64,000 nt of DNA from Spirochaetia bacterium (GTDB lineage: Bacteria; Spirochaetota; Spirochaetia; SZUA-6; Bin103). Below are positions 61,534 to 64,000 of this stretch, one piece after another (position 1 is the stretch's first letter; each line of letters opens with the position of its first letter). A model generated the notes under the pieces. That model ran no database searches. It was not told the DNA's origin and saw nothing but the letters and a program-made list of their open reading frames with translations. Location: contig CBDBDQ010000005.1 of the NCBI GenBank assembly GCA_965203905.1, positions 928,001 to 992,000 on the forward strand, in the 5' to 3' direction. Position numbers and translations under genes: made by a program.

Positions 61534-62637
61534 ATGAGCCGTCTGCACAATTTTTCCGCCGGTCCTGGAGCACTGCCGATGGCGGTGCTGGAAGAGGCTC
61601 GCGAGGCACTGCTGGAGCTGCCCGGAGCGGGCGCTTCGATCATCGAGATCAGCCATCGCTCGGACCCGTTCGCGGCGATTCTGGCGGAGACCAAGGACAA
61701 CGTGCGTGCGCTGCTGGGCATCGGCGACGAGTATGAGGTGCTGCTGCTGCAGGGTGGTGCACAACAGCAGTTTGCGCTGATCCCGATGAACTTTCTCGCC
61801 GGCACGGGGCGCTGCGCCGAGTACGTGGTGAGCGGGTACTGGGCCGGCAAGGCGTACCGCGAGGCCGCGGCGGAGGGGCATAGTGCGGCCCTGTGGGACG
61901 GCGCCGGCGACGACTACCGGCGCATGCCCGGCGCGTCCGAGCTGACTCTCGACGGGCCGCGCCGCGAACGCGCCGCCTACGTCCACTACACCGCCAACGA
62001 GACCATCCAGGGCACCCAGCTCCGGGATTTGCCCGACTTCGGGCCCGTACCCGCAATCTGCGACGCCTCATCCGACATCCTCTCCCGTCCGCTGCCGATG
62101 GAGCGCTGCAGCATGCTCTATGCCAGCGCACAGAAGAACCTCGGGCCTGCGGGGCTCACCCTGGTGATCGCGCACCGCGACCTGCTGCAACGCGGCGCCC
62201 GCGGGCTGCACCCGATGCTGGACTATCGTGAGCTGGCAGCGCAGGACTCGGTGCTGAACACGCCGCCGGTATTCGCGATCTACGTTACCCTGCTGGTGAC
62301 GCGCTGGATTCGGGACGAGGTCGGAGGACTGCAGGCGATGGCACGCCGCAACCGCGCCAAGGCGGAACTCCTGTATCGGGTGCTGGATGACTCCGACGGC
62401 TTCTATCGTGGGCATGCGCGGCAGGAGAGCCGGTCGCACATGAACGTCACCTGGCGACTCGCCGACGAGGAGCTGGAACGGCGCTTCCTGGAGGAGGCGG
62501 CCGCGGCCGGATGCATCGAGTTGCGCGGCCATCGCTCGGTGGGTGGCGTACGCGCTTCGCTGTACAATGCGGTGACCCCGGAGAGCTGCCGGGTACTGGC
62601 GGATTTCATGGGGGAGTTCCGGCGCCGCTACGGATAG
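61534..62637 (+). CDS. serC: Phosphoserine aminotransferase
   Basis: NFSAGP, SHRS, NETIQG, AQKNLGPAG, GHRSVGG.RASLYNA. Confidence 0.96.
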   Translation: MSRLHNFSAGPGALPMAVLEEAREALLELPGAGASIIEISHRSDPFAAILAETKDNVRALLGIGDEYEVLLLQGGAQQQFALIPMNFLAGTGRCAEYVVSGYWAGKAYREAAAEGHSAALWDGAGDDYRRMPGASELTLDGPRRERAAYVHYTANETIQGTQLRDLPDFGPVPAICDASSDILSRPLPMERCSMLYASAQKNLGPAGLTLVIAHRDLLQRGARGLHPMLDYRELAAQDSVLNTPPVFAIYVTLLVTRWIRDEVGGLQAMARRNRAKAELLYRVLDDSDGFYRGHARQESRSHMNVTWRLADEELERRFLEEAAAAGCIELRGHRSVGGVRASLYNAVTPESCRVLADFMGEFRRRYG

Positions 62638-62712
62638 CGCCCCAAAACCGACGCCCGAGGCGGCGCTTTTGGCCCATCCCATCCGGCACTCGGAGTGAAG
62701 TGAGTGAGGAGC

Positions 62713-63687
62713 ATGGCAGACGGATGTTGTACCCCCGACGCAACGCGCAACGGCAACGGCGCGCGCGCCGCCGCAACCCCGGGGTCGCGGCCGGCAGCGC
62801 GGGCCACGGTCGGCGGTGCGCACGACGACGGCCGTCCCATGTGCGAGTTGCCGGCTACCACCTTCCTCATGGGGACCGATGCCGGCGACGGCTTTCCTGC
62901 GGACGGCGAGGGCCCGGTTCGCGAGGTCTCGCTGAGCGGCTTCGCCATCGATCTGTGCGCGGTAAGCAATGACGAGTTCGCCGCCTTCGTGGAGGCTAGC
63001 GGCTACGTCACCGAGGCCGAGCACTTCGGCTGGTCGTTCGTGTTCAAGAACCACGTCCCCAAGAGCGCCTTCAAGAAGCGACTGGTGCGCACGGTGCCGG
63101 GGTTGGCGTGGTGGTACGCGGTGGACCGCGCCTGCTGGAAACGCCCGGAGGGACCGGGCTCCAACGTCAGGAAGCGCGGTGGCCATCCGGTCATCCACGT
63201 CTCCCACGCCGACGCCCGAGCCTACTGCGCCTGGGCCGGCAAACGGCTGCCGAGCGAAGCGGAGTGGGAGCTTGCCGCCCGCGGCGGCCTGGAGCAGCGC
63301 AGCTACGCCTGGGGCGATGAGCTGACCCCCGGCGGCAAGCACTACTGCAACATCTGGCAGGGCAGGTTTCCCGAACACGATCGCGCCGCAGACGGTTACG
63401 CCGGCACCTGTCCGGTGCGGGCGTTCCCGCCCAACGGCTACGGCCTCTACAACGTCGCCGGGAACGTGTGGGAGTGGTGCGCGGACTGGTTCAGTCCCGA
63501 CTACCACCTCACCGCAGCGCCCACCGACCCTGGCGGCCCGCCGCGCGGCAGCAACCGGGTGATGCGCGGCGGCTCCTTCCTGTGCCACCGCTCCTACTGC
63601 AACCGCTACCGGGTCGCCGCCCGCACCAGCAATTCCCCCGACAGCTCCACCGCCAACCTCGGCTTCCGCTGCGCTCGTTCGCTGTAG
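62713..63687 (+). CDS. Formylglycine-generating enzyme (SUMF1/FGE)
   Basis: RLPSEAEWE, GNVWEW, RGGSFLCHRSYCNRYR with both catalytic Cys. Confidence 0.92.
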   Translation: MADGCCTPDATRNGNGARAAATPGSRPAARATVGGAHDDGRPMCELPATTFLMGTDAGDGFPADGEGPVREVSLSGFAIDLCAVSNDEFAAFVEASGYVTEAEHFGWSFVFKNHVPKSAFKKRLVRTVPGLAWWYAVDRACWKRPEGPGSNVRKRGGHPVIHVSHADARAYCAWAGKRLPSEAEWELAARGGLEQRSYAWGDELTPGGKHYCNIWQGRFPEHDRAADGYAGTCPVRAFPPNGYGLYNVAGNVWEWCADWFSPDYHLTAAPTDPGGPPRGSNRVMRGGSFLCHRSYCNRYRVAARTSNSPDSSTANLGFRCARSL

Positions 63688-63726
63688 CCCCGCTGCGTGC
63701 GTGTTGGCCTCACCAGTAGTGCGACA

Positions 63727-63765
63727 TACAGAGTGAGCTAATTACAGAGCAGGAAACTTACAGAG
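63727..63765. repeat. Three TACAGAG direct repeats with 16-nt period
   Basis: Copies at 63727, 63743, 63759. Confidence 0.75.
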
Positions 63766-63789
63766 TGGCCGGTTCACCAAGTGAGCGGC

Positions 63790-64000
63790 TCACTCGGTGA
63801 GCTTCGCGAAGCGGGCAAAGAAATCGGGAAAGGTCTTGGCGGTGCAGCCGGGATCGGCGATGGAGATGCCGGGCGTGCGCAGCCCGGTAACGGCGAAGGC
63901 CATGGCGATGCGGTGGTCGTCGTAGGTCTCGATGCTGGCGCCACGGGGGGATGCCGGCTCGATGCGGAGGCTGCCCGCCCCCTCGTTCACGGGCACCCCG
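63790..64000 (-). CDS. aroA: EPSP synthase, 3' end (truncated by window edge)
   Basis: TYDDHRIAMAF, CTAKTFPDFF. Confidence 0.92.
   Translation of the reverse strand, partial: GVPVNEGAGSLRIEPASPRGASIETYDDHRIAMAFAVTGLRTPGISIADPGCTAKTFPDFFARFAKLTE

Noticed and set aside
62642-62672. Terminator after serC
   Set aside because: Imperfect stem with a short U-tract; too weak to call

Overview
High-GC bacterial chromosome segment. The style of the solute-binding-protein N-termini and the gene content suggest a Spirochaetaceae-like, possibly host- or sponge-associated organism (inference only). Intact genes: a Cys-type sulfatase with a LIV-type ABC operon; two Dpp/Opp-type ABC operons, one with glycoside hydrolases; a sigma54-driven operon (OMP-like protein, ABC-2 exporter, DUF4390-like protein, histidine kinase, response regulator); pntA1-A2-B; CDGSH-bshC-bshA-hemC-hemL; proC-proA-proB; argA; serC; an FGE; and the aroA 3' end. 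The most unusual part is about 8.3-25.6 kb. It holds five apparently complete toxin-antitoxin pairs and several broken ones, embedded in a mosaic of ~25-900 bp gene scraps. Several scraps are diverged copies of neighbouring genes, which by eye reconstruct as a duplicated TA+dpp block collapsed by complementary deletions. A lower-GC ABC-type ATPase plus putative nuclease pair (42.3-44.2 kb) is a candidate defence system. No rRNA, tRNA, CRISPR array, integrase or intact transposase was recognised. All family calls come from recalled motifs, not database searches.
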